From Octopus vulgaris (lineage: Eukaryota), in the NCBI GenBank assembly GCA_951406725.2, contig OX597818.1:41912001-41976000 (forward strand): a stretch of DNA of 64,000 nucleotides, written 5' to 3'. The notes under the pieces were generated by a model. The model had not been told where the DNA came from, did not search any database, and saw nothing but the letters and a program-made list of their open reading frames with translations. Every line of letters starts with the position of its first letter. Position 1 is the first letter of the stretch. Below are positions 14,915 to 27,646 of this stretch, piece after piece. The translations under genes and the position numbers were made by a program.

Positions 14915-15060
14915 CAGCATTGAAGATGTTTGTAAGCCATTTAAGAACACACAAAAAACCATTAGATTCACTTCAACATGTAAATTTAATTTGTGTCAAA
15001 ATATTTTTGTCACTTTGAAACCATGAACTGTTCACTGACAAAACTTTGTGCTGCATCTCT
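14915..15060 (-). mobile_element. Penelope-like repeat with G3:C8 hammerhead variant (decayed)
   Basis: Homologous to 33690-33890 and 55867-56058; keeps UUUGUCA-GUGAACA-G. Confidence 0.6.
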
Positions 15061-15574
15061 TGATTCAGCACATAATCTCAATCACTTAATACCTTTGGAA
15101 GATATATATCTCATTTTCTTATATTCTATTTGTTCCTCTCAAAATAACCTACAACTGTTGAGTTGTCACTATACAGTTCACTTAACTGATCAATTCTGAT
15201 CACAAAGGGCAAGAGAGACAACTCCAATAGAATGTAGACAACGGTAACATGAGCAACTATATGGTCATTGAACTAACATAGAGTATCACTCAGCACATTA
15301 TTTCATACAGCTTTGATGTTCCCTGAGCTATTTTGTATTCAATGTGCGAGTTATGTCCCTTGATTTATAAAACCGTTTTAGTTAATATTACAATAAGTTA
15401 TTTATGTAAATGAATGAACGAACGTTTGTTATAGTTTACAATATTATATTCCAGTGTGTAACGCAAATGAATTTACTAAAACAACATTTTAGTTAATTCA
15501 TTTACTGTACAAATTGAAATATAACATTGTAAACAGAACATTTCTTAGCTCAAATTTATATATTTATATAATCA

Positions 15575-15735
15575 ATTCAAATAAACGAATAAGAACGGAT
15601 ACCATAATGACGTGCATAAGAAATGTATTAGCTTGATGCTTATTGAAAGGAGAGAATTTGATGTTTTGAGCATAGCTCTTCGTCGGAAAGATGAAAGGGA
15701 AAAGTTCAAAGAAGGAAAAGAAATCACAATCAACA
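15575..15735 (-). mobile_element. Penelope-like repeat with decayed minimal hammerhead
   Basis: UUU CCGACGA A GAGC-UAU-GCUC (g>a)AAA C(g>a)UC AAA at 15689-15657; next to TA/CA repeats. Confidence 0.55.
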
Positions 15736-17655
15736 CACATGTAGCTACATTACTGTGTGTGTGTGTGTGTGTTATGGATTCTCTCATTGTGAACGACAAA
15801 TGAGGGTTCAGTAAAATAAAATGGTAATCATGTTCTATGGACATGAATGTGTCTCTTAAGGCCTGCTGGTGCCTTGCAAGCCTTTTTGGCAAATGGAATA
15901 AGTTAAAGACTCAGTTTGCCTGAATGCTTGTGGATCATTTACTAGTGTTTTCTTGATTGGACGGCAAGGTCTACTTTACTCTGTGCCACAAAAGGACCAG
16001 TAAAGAATAGAAACAAATAAATCCACCATAATAGTGGTTCTCAAACTGACGCATATCAACACCCCCTCCCCATCCAAAATATTTGTGAATCTTTTTGAAT
16101 GATCCCGTCCCTAACTCCTTTTATTAATAAGTAGAGAAGATAGTTTGTATCCATTTAATTCTTCTTTTTCTTTTTCTTTTTTTGCCATGGTGCATTCTGG
16201 AATTAGGATAGCTACGATCCACTGTTGCTTCTGAAAAAGATCTTGGCTGGTTACCAATGTGTATATTACTAACGTGTATATACATAGACAAGTTCTCAAG
16301 AATAGCAATAGTGCAGTAGTCATTAATCTTGAATATTTGTATGCATATTTTCCAAAAGATATTATACATTTTTTTTTTATTTGGAACATAAGAAATACAA
16401 ATTTTGATCTATCTTTCACATCTCGTATGTAAAAATAGAAACTAATAATGATTTATTTTGGCTGAGAATAACCAAAATAGATATTGATGATATATTTTAT
16501 TAAGCTTAGTTTAAAATCTTTGAAGGAAAAAAAAAGCAAAATGAACCTAAGTGGAATTTGAACTCATAACAGTTAGGTGCTAATCTCGATATTGTAGAGT
16601 ATTCTGTTCAATGTGCTTCATGCACGTGTCCTCAGCATGAGGAGTGTGTAATAAAACTGATAATATATTTGTCATAAAGGATTTTTTAAAAACGACATTT
16701 ATAATTTTTCAGGAATTTTCTTTTGTATTAGAAGATGAAGGTTACAATAATTGTGATATAGAAGTACTTGTATTAATATTCTTATATTTAAGAAGAAAAT
16801 AGAGGTTGTGTGCTAAGAAGTTTGCTTCCCAGCCACATGGTTTCAGGTTCTGTCCCATTGTGTGGCACACTGGGCGAGTGTCTTTTATTATATCCTCTGG
16901 CTAACCAAAGTCTTGTGAGTAGATTTTATAGATGAAAACTAAAAGAATCCTGCCGTATATGTGTATGTATGTGCTTGCTCACATGTCTTTGTATCTGTGT
17001 CTGTCCCCCCCTCCCACCACCACCACCACCACAACTTGACAGTCAGTGTCAGTGTGTTTATGTTCCCCATAACTTTGCAGTTCAGCAAAAGAAATGATAG
17101 AACAAGTACCAGACTTAAAAAAAAAAAACAGTATGGGGAAGATTCATTCAACTAGAATTCTTCAATTCTTCAAGGCAGTACCCCAGCATGACCACCATCT
17201 TATGACCGAAACAAGTAAAAGAATAAGAGAAGGTGTCATCCTCTGAACACCTTTTGAGCAGCACTTCCATCATCAGTGTGACAATATCCTTGCCACCACC
17301 ACTGTTTATTTCACTACTTAAGCTTTTACTGTCACAGAAATTGACTCATGAATGTCAAATGTAATTTTTGTCCTTGAGTTTCATATTCCTCATCAATTAT
17401 CCACTCAAAGTTACCTAAAAATAACTTTCACATGAATGGATCTATGTAGCTTTCAATGTATGTACTCTATCACATTGGTCATCAAATTGCCCTTAGTCAT
17501 ATTTTCTGTTGGTGTGCTAAAAAGTCATTAGAATTACCATACATTAGTTGACAGTTCATAGTAGATAATCAATTTATCAACTTTAGTCAGTGTGTTAATA
17601 GTTCTCATATAGATATATATTTTTTGGGTTGTAGAGTTGTATATATATATATATA

Positions 17656-18044
17656 CTAGCAGTATCACCTGGCGTTGCTCGGGTTTGTTTTGACCCTTTA
17701 GAATTGGAATTTTTGAAAAGTAAAAGGTTTGCATTATGTAGCTTGTTATTCTCTTTAAGTGAACATTTTTCTGGTTGAAATACACCAAAAAATGGCGACA
17801 CAGCAGTCAAAAATCGTAAAAAAACCCAGATTTTCATAGAAAAAAAAGCACCTCTTTGATGTAAATAATTTTTGGTCTTAACATGGTCCAATTCAAATTT
17901 TATCTTCTACGGAATGAAGAGCAAGCCTTCTTCTATCATACTCTCAATTTTGGTCAACTTGCGCCGCAGGGTCTCGGAGGAGATAATGTTAGTTGAAGGC
18001 TACCAAACCTGCCACACATAGACAACTTCAGCTTTATATATAGA
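17656..18044 (-). mobile_element. Non-autonomous Helitron
   Basis: Minus strand starts TC(TATATA), ends CTAG, carries a subterminal GC hairpin CCCGAGCAACGCCAGG, and is inserted between A and T. Confidence 0.8.
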
Positions 18045-18099
18045 TATATATATATATATATCATTTGAATTATCCGTAATAAGATAATTCATTTATCTA

Positions 18100-18134
<35 letters not shown>

Positions 18135-19508
18135 GTGAATAAGTATGAATGTTATGACTGTGTGTAAGAACTCCTGAATGTGTATTGTTGAAATTTATTA
18201 CTTTATATGATGACGGAGAAGTTAGAAAAGCTGTTTTCTCTAAAACTTGTGCAATACACCACCATTTCATATAAGAAAGATACAACAAAGAAGCATCAAT
18301 TGCTAAAAGTGATTCTGTATTGATTAAGTTAAAAAGTAGATTCAATCACAGTAGGATTTGGATATGGAACATGAAAGGATGTTAAATAATGCAAGGAATT
18401 TTGTCCAGTGTTTTATTGGTTCTGCCATCCTCAGTCCTTCAACAAAAGCAAAATAAATAATATCATTATAAATATTTACACTATCATAAATGATAACACA
18501 TTATAAAAAGTAGAAATAGTAGGAGAAATATATGTTAAATATACTTCATGTTAGAAATTTTAACTCTAACTCGATGTTAGCATTTTTAATAGATGGAACA
18601 TTAAAAATCCTATTAGAAATAAATATGCAGTGAGAAAAATACATTGTTTGGTCAATGACTAATTTTATTTTCATTTTTATAGTGTGTAAAAGAGACAACT
18701 CCTAACATATTTCTGTATTATTCTGACCTTATCTGTATATCATAGCATTATGGGCATTTGCCAACAACCAGTGCTAGCACAGAAAACGGATGTTAAACGA
18801 TGCTGATGATGATGTTCATTCAATTGTATAGGAAATGAAAATTAAAAGTAAATATATTAGTAACCAATAAATTACCAATTAGAGTTTAAATATGTTAATT
18901 GCCAACAAACTGAAACAAAGTGATTTGTTCTTAAATGTGTTTTAACACCAGTTACTTTCCACAAATTAAGATTAAGAATAAAACTGATCACATATCTACA
19001 ACATTTAAACAAATTATTTTTCAAGTAAAGTTTTAAGATATTTTTGGAAACAAACTTTGAAGTGCTGAATGAGTTGGTATTTTACAGAAAATAAAGGAAA
19101 TCTCAAATGGGGAATAGCTGTGAAAACACCTTAGAAGATCAGATAAATACTCTTAGAAGATGTAAAAAAGTGATAAGAAAGCTGGAATTTGAGAGGTACA
19201 GGGTTCAGTTTTCTGTAGTGGCTTGCTGGCCACTTTTTTCCTGTCTTCTAAGGGTATTTGCTCAATCTTCTAAGCTACTTTCACAGTTATTCTGTGTTTG
19301 AGATTTCCATTTTCTTTAAAATATTATTAATAAATAAAATCACATATTGAAATTATCTTTATATGGCTGGCTACGCTACATTGAAAAGGCTAAAATTCAT
19401 CTTGCATTCTCTCTGGCCACTGTTAAGACAAATTTTAATGTCCCTCTGTTATTTATTGTGTTTTAACTCAGCATGTCCATAAGAAATGTTATTTCAGGAT
19501 AAATAGCA

Positions 19509-19765
19509 TCCATTCTCGTTACATGACCATACCAGTGCAGTCATCTCTCTTGCACACCACAACTGATGCTTCTTAGGTCCAACTTTTCTCTCAAGGTACT
19601 TACACTGTCGAGTCTGCACACTGACATTACACATCCATCGGAGCATACTGGCTTCATTCCTTGTAAGCTTACGCATGTCCTCAGCAGTCACGGCCCATGT
19701 TTCACTGCCATGTACCATGGCTGTTCATACAAATGTGTCCTACAGTCTACCTTTTACTCTGAGCG
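19509..19765 (-). mobile_element. Internal RTE fragment flanked by a 24-bp direct repeat
   Basis: Encodes HGSETWAVTAEDMRKL.RNEASMLRWMC; AATGTTATTTCAGGATAAATAGCA at 19485-19508 and 19766-19789. Confidence 0.88.
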
Positions 19766-21249
19766 AATGTTATTTCAGGATAAATAGCACTAGAATAGGT
19801 TTACCAACTGTGTGCATATATCATTAAGTATGACACTGTAGATGGAAAATGAGGTTGTATAACTTTTATGTCTTTGCCTTTAAGGGATGTAAATCTTCTG
19901 TTAGGAAACAGAAATGGGTTGTAAACTTGGTTGGCAACAAACTTATTGCTCACCTCCACCCCTCACCTTTACTATCTGAAGAATCATTAAAAAAATCCCC
20001 ACTAGTTGCATATGTTAACAGCAATAATTGTGTAACTAAATGTATCTCTATTCATAAAGTTGGGTTAATACATCATCACCATCATTTTAATGCCTACTTT
20101 TCCATACTTGCTTGGGCCAAATGGAGTTTTTTTAGGTAGATTTTTCTACAGCTAGATACCCTTCCTGCCATTAATCATCACATGTTTCCAAGCAAGCTAA
20201 TATTTCTCCATGGCCAGGCATTAAGCAACGTCAAGACAAGGAGACTCAAACACACACACACACACACATATATGCAACAGGCTTCTTCACAGTTTCCATC
20301 TATCAAATCTGTGCACAAAGCTGTGGTTGGCTTGGGTCTATGTAGAAGATACTTGTCCAAAATGCCACACAATGGGACTGAACCTAAAACCATATGGTTG
20401 GGAAGCAAACTTTTTAACCACAGCCACACCTGTACCTATATGAAAATGGAAACAAAGAAATATTTTAAACTTACATAGAATCAAACTCATTATGTATTGC
20501 TGTTTTTCTTCATAGAGATAATATCCTCCTAATCGAAGCTATCATTTAATAATACTGATTAAACATCACAAATCTATAATATTTGGCATGAAGAGGGGCT
20601 TGAATCGAAAATATCTTTTATTTATATCTCATAAAAATAATTAATTGCACATCTCTACCACCCTTGTTTATTTCATTCCTCTGTATTTGGCAACATACCA
20701 GGATCTGTATCAGAAGAAATTATTAGCGAAAAACTAAAAGTTACTGCTTGTATGAGAAAATTAAGTGATTGTACTCAATGGTCTTCAATAAAGTAATACT
20801 TTTACTTTTAGATCACTAATGTGGAAAATTTGAAGGTTAAATTTTGTCCAAATAAATTAGTAATTAAGGGATTAATAACATATATGCATACATATATATT
20901 TATAATCTATTTTAGAATATAGAAAATAGATGCATGTGTGTGTGACTATGGAGTGATATGGTGATGGTATTTATATACTGTTACTAGCACTGTGCAGTTT
21001 CTACAGCCAAGATCCTTAACATTCAATTGGCCCAGGTCTCCAAGCTTTTGATAGGTGCCACAAAACAAGAATTTATTGCTATGAGTGTTAACTACAGGTG
21101 AAAAATAATGACTGTTTTGTGAGCATGCAATGTCCAGTTCAAATCTTGCCCTGGACATAGTTTGGTGAGTGATCAATTCCATGCAGCTGACATGCCCCTG
21201 ATATATGTAGTATATAAACAAAGTCTTCTGTGGGATTTATTGGACTTGG

Positions 21250-21282
<33 letters not shown>

Positions 21283-21873
21283 AAGAAAAGTTTCAGGCTA
21301 TCTTCACATTTATACTTCCTCAACTGCATTATTAATTATATTGTTAATCATTTTAAACTTGCATATATGTATATATGTAGCATGTGCTGGGATCCCAGTT
21401 ATACATAAATATATATAGCTGGGATCTCAACAGGTGCTGTTACTCTGAGTCAGAGCTGGCCTGAGAACAATACTGGCCAAGAGGTGCAGTTTATAGTCAT
21501 ACCCATTTGCCAGTATGCAAGTATGTTGTTTCAATTCTATGCCATGGTAATATATATATAAAGATCACTAGCAGATAACACATTGTTTCAAAAATGTCTG
21601 TATGTAACTCAAACTCTGTAAATATTTTGATTTTTGGCAAATGCATTTGGGAGAAATAAGTTTAAATTTGTTAAGAATGAATCAGAGATTTTGGGAGAAG
21701 AGGGAAATAGAAAATTGGAATGTTTTGTCCTTCTTAACTGTGAATTGAAATTTTGACTCTCTGAGAGAAAAACAATAGTAGCAACTCTCTCTCTCTCTCT
21801 CTCTTTCTCCCCTCTCTCTCTTTATCTCTTCCTCCCCTCTTGCTTTATATACATATATATGTATGTGTATATA

Positions 21874-21904
<31 letters not shown>

Positions 21905-22049
21905 GTATATATATGTGTATGTTTTTCAAATATACACTTGTTTAGTGTTGGCAAACTTTTGATAAATATTTATAAGTTAAATTCTGCCTGCTAGAAGTTT
22001 TATTTCCCAGTTGTTGATTTTATGTTAATACACAAAAATATTATTTTTG

Positions 22050-23500
22050 AGTAATTGTTTGTACACAGAATGAAAACGTCCATGTCAAATAGAGCTAACT
22101 TCAGATCCATGAAATCTGCTGCTTCAAAATATTTTATAAATATTTTATTTTTCCTAATTCTCTGAGCTGTACAAATCTTGAAGAGATCTGTACAGTCACA
22201 ACCTTTTGAACTTCTTTAAACTGTTTTGCATAGTGTTCGAAATGTTTATAAATAGTTTCTTCAAAAACTTTCTTTGCCCTTGCAAAGCACTTAAAACTTT
22301 TATTTTCTGATTCACTGTGTAATATGTTGAGTTTACTCTCAAAACTCTTAATCAAGCCAAACAGCACATCAACAGATTTCCTAAAACTTGGAAGTTTAAT
22401 TTTAAATTCATTCAAATGCAGTAAATAAATCCATGAAAAAACTAAGTTTACTGAGTCAAGCAAAATAATTTAACTTAGGAAAATCATGCTCCATGTTTTT
22501 GTTTAAATAACAATAGTCTTATTTCACTTAAACATTCAACAAATCATTTAAGTATTTGACTATGCCTGAACTATCATGCACATTATTAAACTGAATCAAT
22601 TTCATTTAAAGGTAAATTATATTGTTGTTTATGTAAAATCCTGGTCGCTGTCAAATTGGTTATTTTTGTCACACCTCATCAATCACATTATGAAAATCTT
22701 TAAAGCTTACTTCCTGCACACAGTGCTTCCAGAGGTATAATACACTGAAAATAAACAAGGAAATGACCAACAAATTTTGTAAATTGCCCTACAATACCAG
22801 TTTTCAGCTTACTGTAGTAGGGATATCAGTTGTAAACAAAACTATTTGTTTTTCATGAAACATATTAACAACTATGATGCAAACTATTACTTAATCAAGT
22901 CTTAATGAATAGGAGAAAATATTGTACAATATTAGCAAGTCAAGTTGATATCAATGGTCTTATCAGGTCTCAAGACAAATAAAAAATAACTGTAGGTATT
23001 TAATTATTTTTGAACTTGATTTTCTATGTTAACACTTGTTTTCATAAATTTGTTTTTAACATCATTTCTAAATCACATACTTATAATGGTGTTCTTATTA
23101 TTATGAAAGCCATTAGATAAAAATGGGGCATTTTTAACAGAAGCCTCATTAAAAATTGCCACCATCACTTAGTGATTTTCCATTATCAACAATAATATAT
23201 GAAATATTAAAACTTGCAGCTTGTAAATGATAAATTCTTGTTGGGAACTTAAATAAATTCTGTTGTTTCCACTTTAGCTGTTGGGATATGTATGCTTTGT
23301 GGTCTTCAATAGTTTTTTTTTTCTTAGGAGTAACTGGCGCTGGTTGTAAAAGTGCTTTTTACATTCCTAGTTCTATTCACAGCAGCCTCATCACACAATA
23401 TACAAAGAAGTTTATCAATCTTATCTAGCTCATAATTTGTTCTGCCCACTAATCTGGAAATTTCGTCCACTTCCCTTTTGTGATAATTTAATTTTTTTAG
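22050..23500 (-). pseudogene. Heavily decayed hAT (Charlie/SPIN, GTF2IRD2-like) transposase
   Basis: BED-like KLLCILCDEAAVNRTRNVKKHF near 23410-23350 and HLNE.NxKL...DLFGLIKSFESKL-like segment in ORF 22134-22463; many stops. Confidence 0.6.
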
Positions 23501-26500
23501 TATTTATTTTATTAATTGTTCATTTAGAAAATAAGAATGAAAGAATTGAAGGAAAAGAAGAGCTAAAGTCATACACTTGTTATATTGTGTTAGCAGCCTA
23601 CGATGGGTTGCAACTTTTCAATTTATGGGTTGTAATTTAAGTATAGTGTTATTAGATATCTACCCACATCCCATCTAATGTGAATTTTTTTTAAGGACTG
23701 CTATTTTAAACTTTTAAAACTCTATGTATAATTTAGTGAACTTTTTATAACATATATTATTAGGGAAACTGATTCTCTAAAAACTTGCTGCATGTCTCTG
23801 CTGATATGCATGTTATAGGTTCACTGTCTTTATCTAGTTCTATAATAATATTTATATAAACATTTGTTAAATTCTACCTATTAAAAAAAGTTGTTTTTTT
23901 TCATAATTGTTTATGTTAGCATAGATAGTAAGATTTTAGTTATTTATCTTTTTTAATTTATTGATTGGTTGATTTTGGCTGCAGTAATTGTTTTTATATA
24001 GAAAGCAGATCTCCAATTCCATGGGATAACAGACAACCTGCCTCGTGATAGGTGGTTTATGCTTTGTAACCTGCACAGTATTGTACAGGTTACAAAACCT
24101 GTACAATTTCTCTGTAAACTCGTACCCAAGAGATAGCAACAACTTGCTGCAGTAATTAGCAACAGTAATAGCCAGGAATTTGTTAGTTTGCAATGCAGAG
24201 TTCTAGACTTGCTTATATAGTAAATAAAATCTTAATTCTGAAGAAACTAGTAATAATTTGTGTTGGTGGCAATTATTTTGGTTGGATAAATAAGTATTGT
24301 GAGTGGAGACTATGACAAAAATACATATTTAAGTTGTACTTCTTCCTGAATCTAATTTTATGTGGCTAGTATATCATAAGACTACTGTAAAAATTAATTA
24401 GCAAATAGAAATTATTTTAATTTGATTTTGCAACTTCCAGTCTTCCAAAAAATACATATAATTATTTTTCAGTAACTATTTTCATTAACGTCAGCTGTTG
24501 GGGAATCATAAACAGTTCAAAAATAGAATGAATTGGTTTATTGTGAGAAAGAAGAAAAATCTATTATCAGAAAATATCATCCTCCACAGAAGGATATTGT
24601 CCCAAATCTTAAACTATTTCTGTTGCACTTTGGTCTGTTTCTACTCACTAGCTGCTAACATGGACCATCACTAGTGTTTTTGGACCTTACTTATTACTTG
24701 GTTGAATGATTAGAACTTTTGATAATTGGACTATTGATAATGGTTTGAAAATGTTACAAGAATTATATTGTGTTCTAATGAAGTATCAGCTTGTGTTAAT
24801 CTGCCTCACTTAAGAATAATATCTATCAAGATATCCTATTGGTGATTTGAAGTTTGAAAATAACCAATAACATAAGTAGTGACCTAACTAAAGGATTAAG
24901 TTTCAATAAACAATATCTATCAATAGTATTTTTTGTGGGATGGTTCATCTAAAATTTAATCAGGAATTTTTTAAAAATTTGCAATTATGTAGGAATCTTT
25001 CATGCTGGATGACAGATTTATTGTTGAAGGGTAACATCAATCTGAATATAACAAACTCTCTTCAATTTAGTGACATGCTATCTTGAGTTGCTGAAGCATG
25101 GAACAAACTGCCAGCATCAGTTGTTAGTTGTCGGAGCACTGCATCCTTCAAAACTTCCATGCTTCCTGAGATTCACCAACACTACACCTGATTTTTTCCC
25201 CCCTCCATACACACGCAAGCATGTATCTGACTCATACACTGTTCGCTTTCCAGACATTTTTACATTACTGCATATACTTTATACACACTTTTGACAAGTT
25301 GTGGTGCACCTGAGCACTGTATACAATAATTTCATTATTATTATTACATTTAAGCAACTATAGAAAGTAATTTACTAATCAACTTTCATAAATTTCAATA
25401 TTAGCCTCTCCCACGCATACAAATAGTCCTCACATACAAATTCTATGTCGCTTGCTTGTGTGTTCTGCTGATGCCTGTACAGTGGCATGTTTTGTACAAA
25501 TAATATTCTGTGTTCCCTACATTTATATTTCTTTCTGTTAATATCTTCCTCCTAATTTATTACCCAGTATTATTTTTCTACTTTGGTTAAACTGTGTGCT
25601 GTTGTTTTCATTTCAGGATTGACTCTGATTAATTATAACTAATACTATTCTCACGACCACTTCAGCAACGAGAGCCACTAATATCATTGTTATTTTCATC
25701 CTCATCATTATCACTACCACCACCACCATCATAGTTAACACTTGAAAGCAATAACACACATTCCAGCCAGTTCTCATCACATAAGAGCAGCAAGAGAATA
25801 AAACCGCTAAAAACAGTTAAAGGTGATCAGTTATTCAAGAATTCACAGATTATAACTAAGGAACATGGACAAACCAATATTCTTTTATGTTCTTTCAGGA
25901 CTCTGTAAAAACTGATTTTCTTCCATCAAAATTTTTCTGATTGTATCTTATTAACTGGATCAGCTATGGCAAAGCTACAGGCTTGGCACCACAACTGTGA
26001 TTTTGACAATGTTTATCAATCTGGCATCAGAACAACTTCTTGCTTTGACATTATATCGTTTTGTGGAAGAAGGAAAAGAAGAAAAGGAATTTTATTAAAT
26101 TATTATGTAGGGTGTTAAAAAAAAAAAAAAACGTTTTAAAACTAATTCTGTCTTCTGTAACTTCTATCCAATGGATTCATTTATTTCAGCTCCCATATAA
26201 ACAATTTGTTGTTTTTTTCTCTCTTTCTTATCCCTACCTCTTTTCTCATTTTTCTTCTGCTCTCACATCTTAACTATCTTTCTTTTGTTTCCTCTCATTC
26301 TGTATTCAGTAACTTCTATCTTTATAGTAGATGTGATATGAACAAATTCTAAAATACTATTTATTTGTTTTGTTTATCAAAATTTCCATTTCTCTTTCTT
26401 CAAATTGCTTTACTTTCCCTGACCCTTGTCACTATTTTCTCTCAAATTTCTCCCATTTTTTTTTTATTAATTTTATTTTTCTGTACTTCAATTTTTATGA

Positions 26501-27603
26501 AAGTTGTTAATGTGTTAACATGTTAGTTGTATGTTATAAAGATATATATATAAACCTTTCGCTTTCAAGTGGAAATGTTCCTTTTACTTTTAACAATTGT
26601 TCAAAGAAAAAAGATTAAAAATAAAAAAAAATTATAAATATGAATTTATGGTTTTTACATGTTATTTTAAATATATTGTTATTTTCAATTGTTTTGCTTA
26701 TTTAAGAATTAATTAAAATTAAATTATTATGCTTTAATCTTTTCATTACATATTTTTCACTGCATTTTATTTCATTTCCATTATAATATTGAAGTAACAT
26801 TATACCTGGTCTCAATCAATATTTTAATGAAAAGAATTAAGATAACTTGACTGGGTGAAAAATTTTTTGTTTCTTAAATTAAATATTCAACAATATGGAT
26901 CATAAACATATTAATGAATTGTCTGGAATTTTTTTCTTTGTTACTTAGTCATCCTAGAGCCTTAGCAGATATGAGAATACTTCTGTAGCACAGCTAAAAT
27001 AATACTGTAGGTAAAACGGAGTGAAGTTAGTGCTAATGATGTTCAACTTGAATTATTACAGGTTAGTGGACAAACATTGATCAGGAAGAAACTTTTTTTT
27101 AGGTAGGAACTGCTTTGGAGAATAAATGACCAAGAAAAGTGTTTAAAGGCAGTGCTCCAGCATGGCCGCAGTCAAATGACTGAAACAAATAAAAGAGTAA
27201 AAGAGTACAGGATCTGTTGAGTGTAAATCAGCAGAGTAATGGAAGAAAGAAAAGAGAAAGTAGATTTAAGTGGTAGATAAATTGTCAGCAAATTTGATAG
27301 AGTGGGTATTGCTGCAAAGGTGTACAGCTCGATGGCGCGACAACAGTTGTAAAAGTCTTATGCATTTTTAACTTACTTGTCCAGAAGATATCAAATAGCT
27401 CAAGTGTTTTGAAATAATGGCTGTTGACTGATGAGTAAAAGGTTTGCCAAAAGTATCTGTAAAAAGAACTGAAAAGATCTCTAACACAATGATAGATTTA
27501 CAACAAAATTTCTGAGAGCTTTGTAATATAATTTGGCTTGCTCAAAAAGTACAAATATATAGAATATTTTTGGAACTTGCCAATGTTTGAAAAATATTAA
27601 CAC

Positions 27604-27643
<40 letters not shown>

Positions 27644-27646
<3 letters not shown>

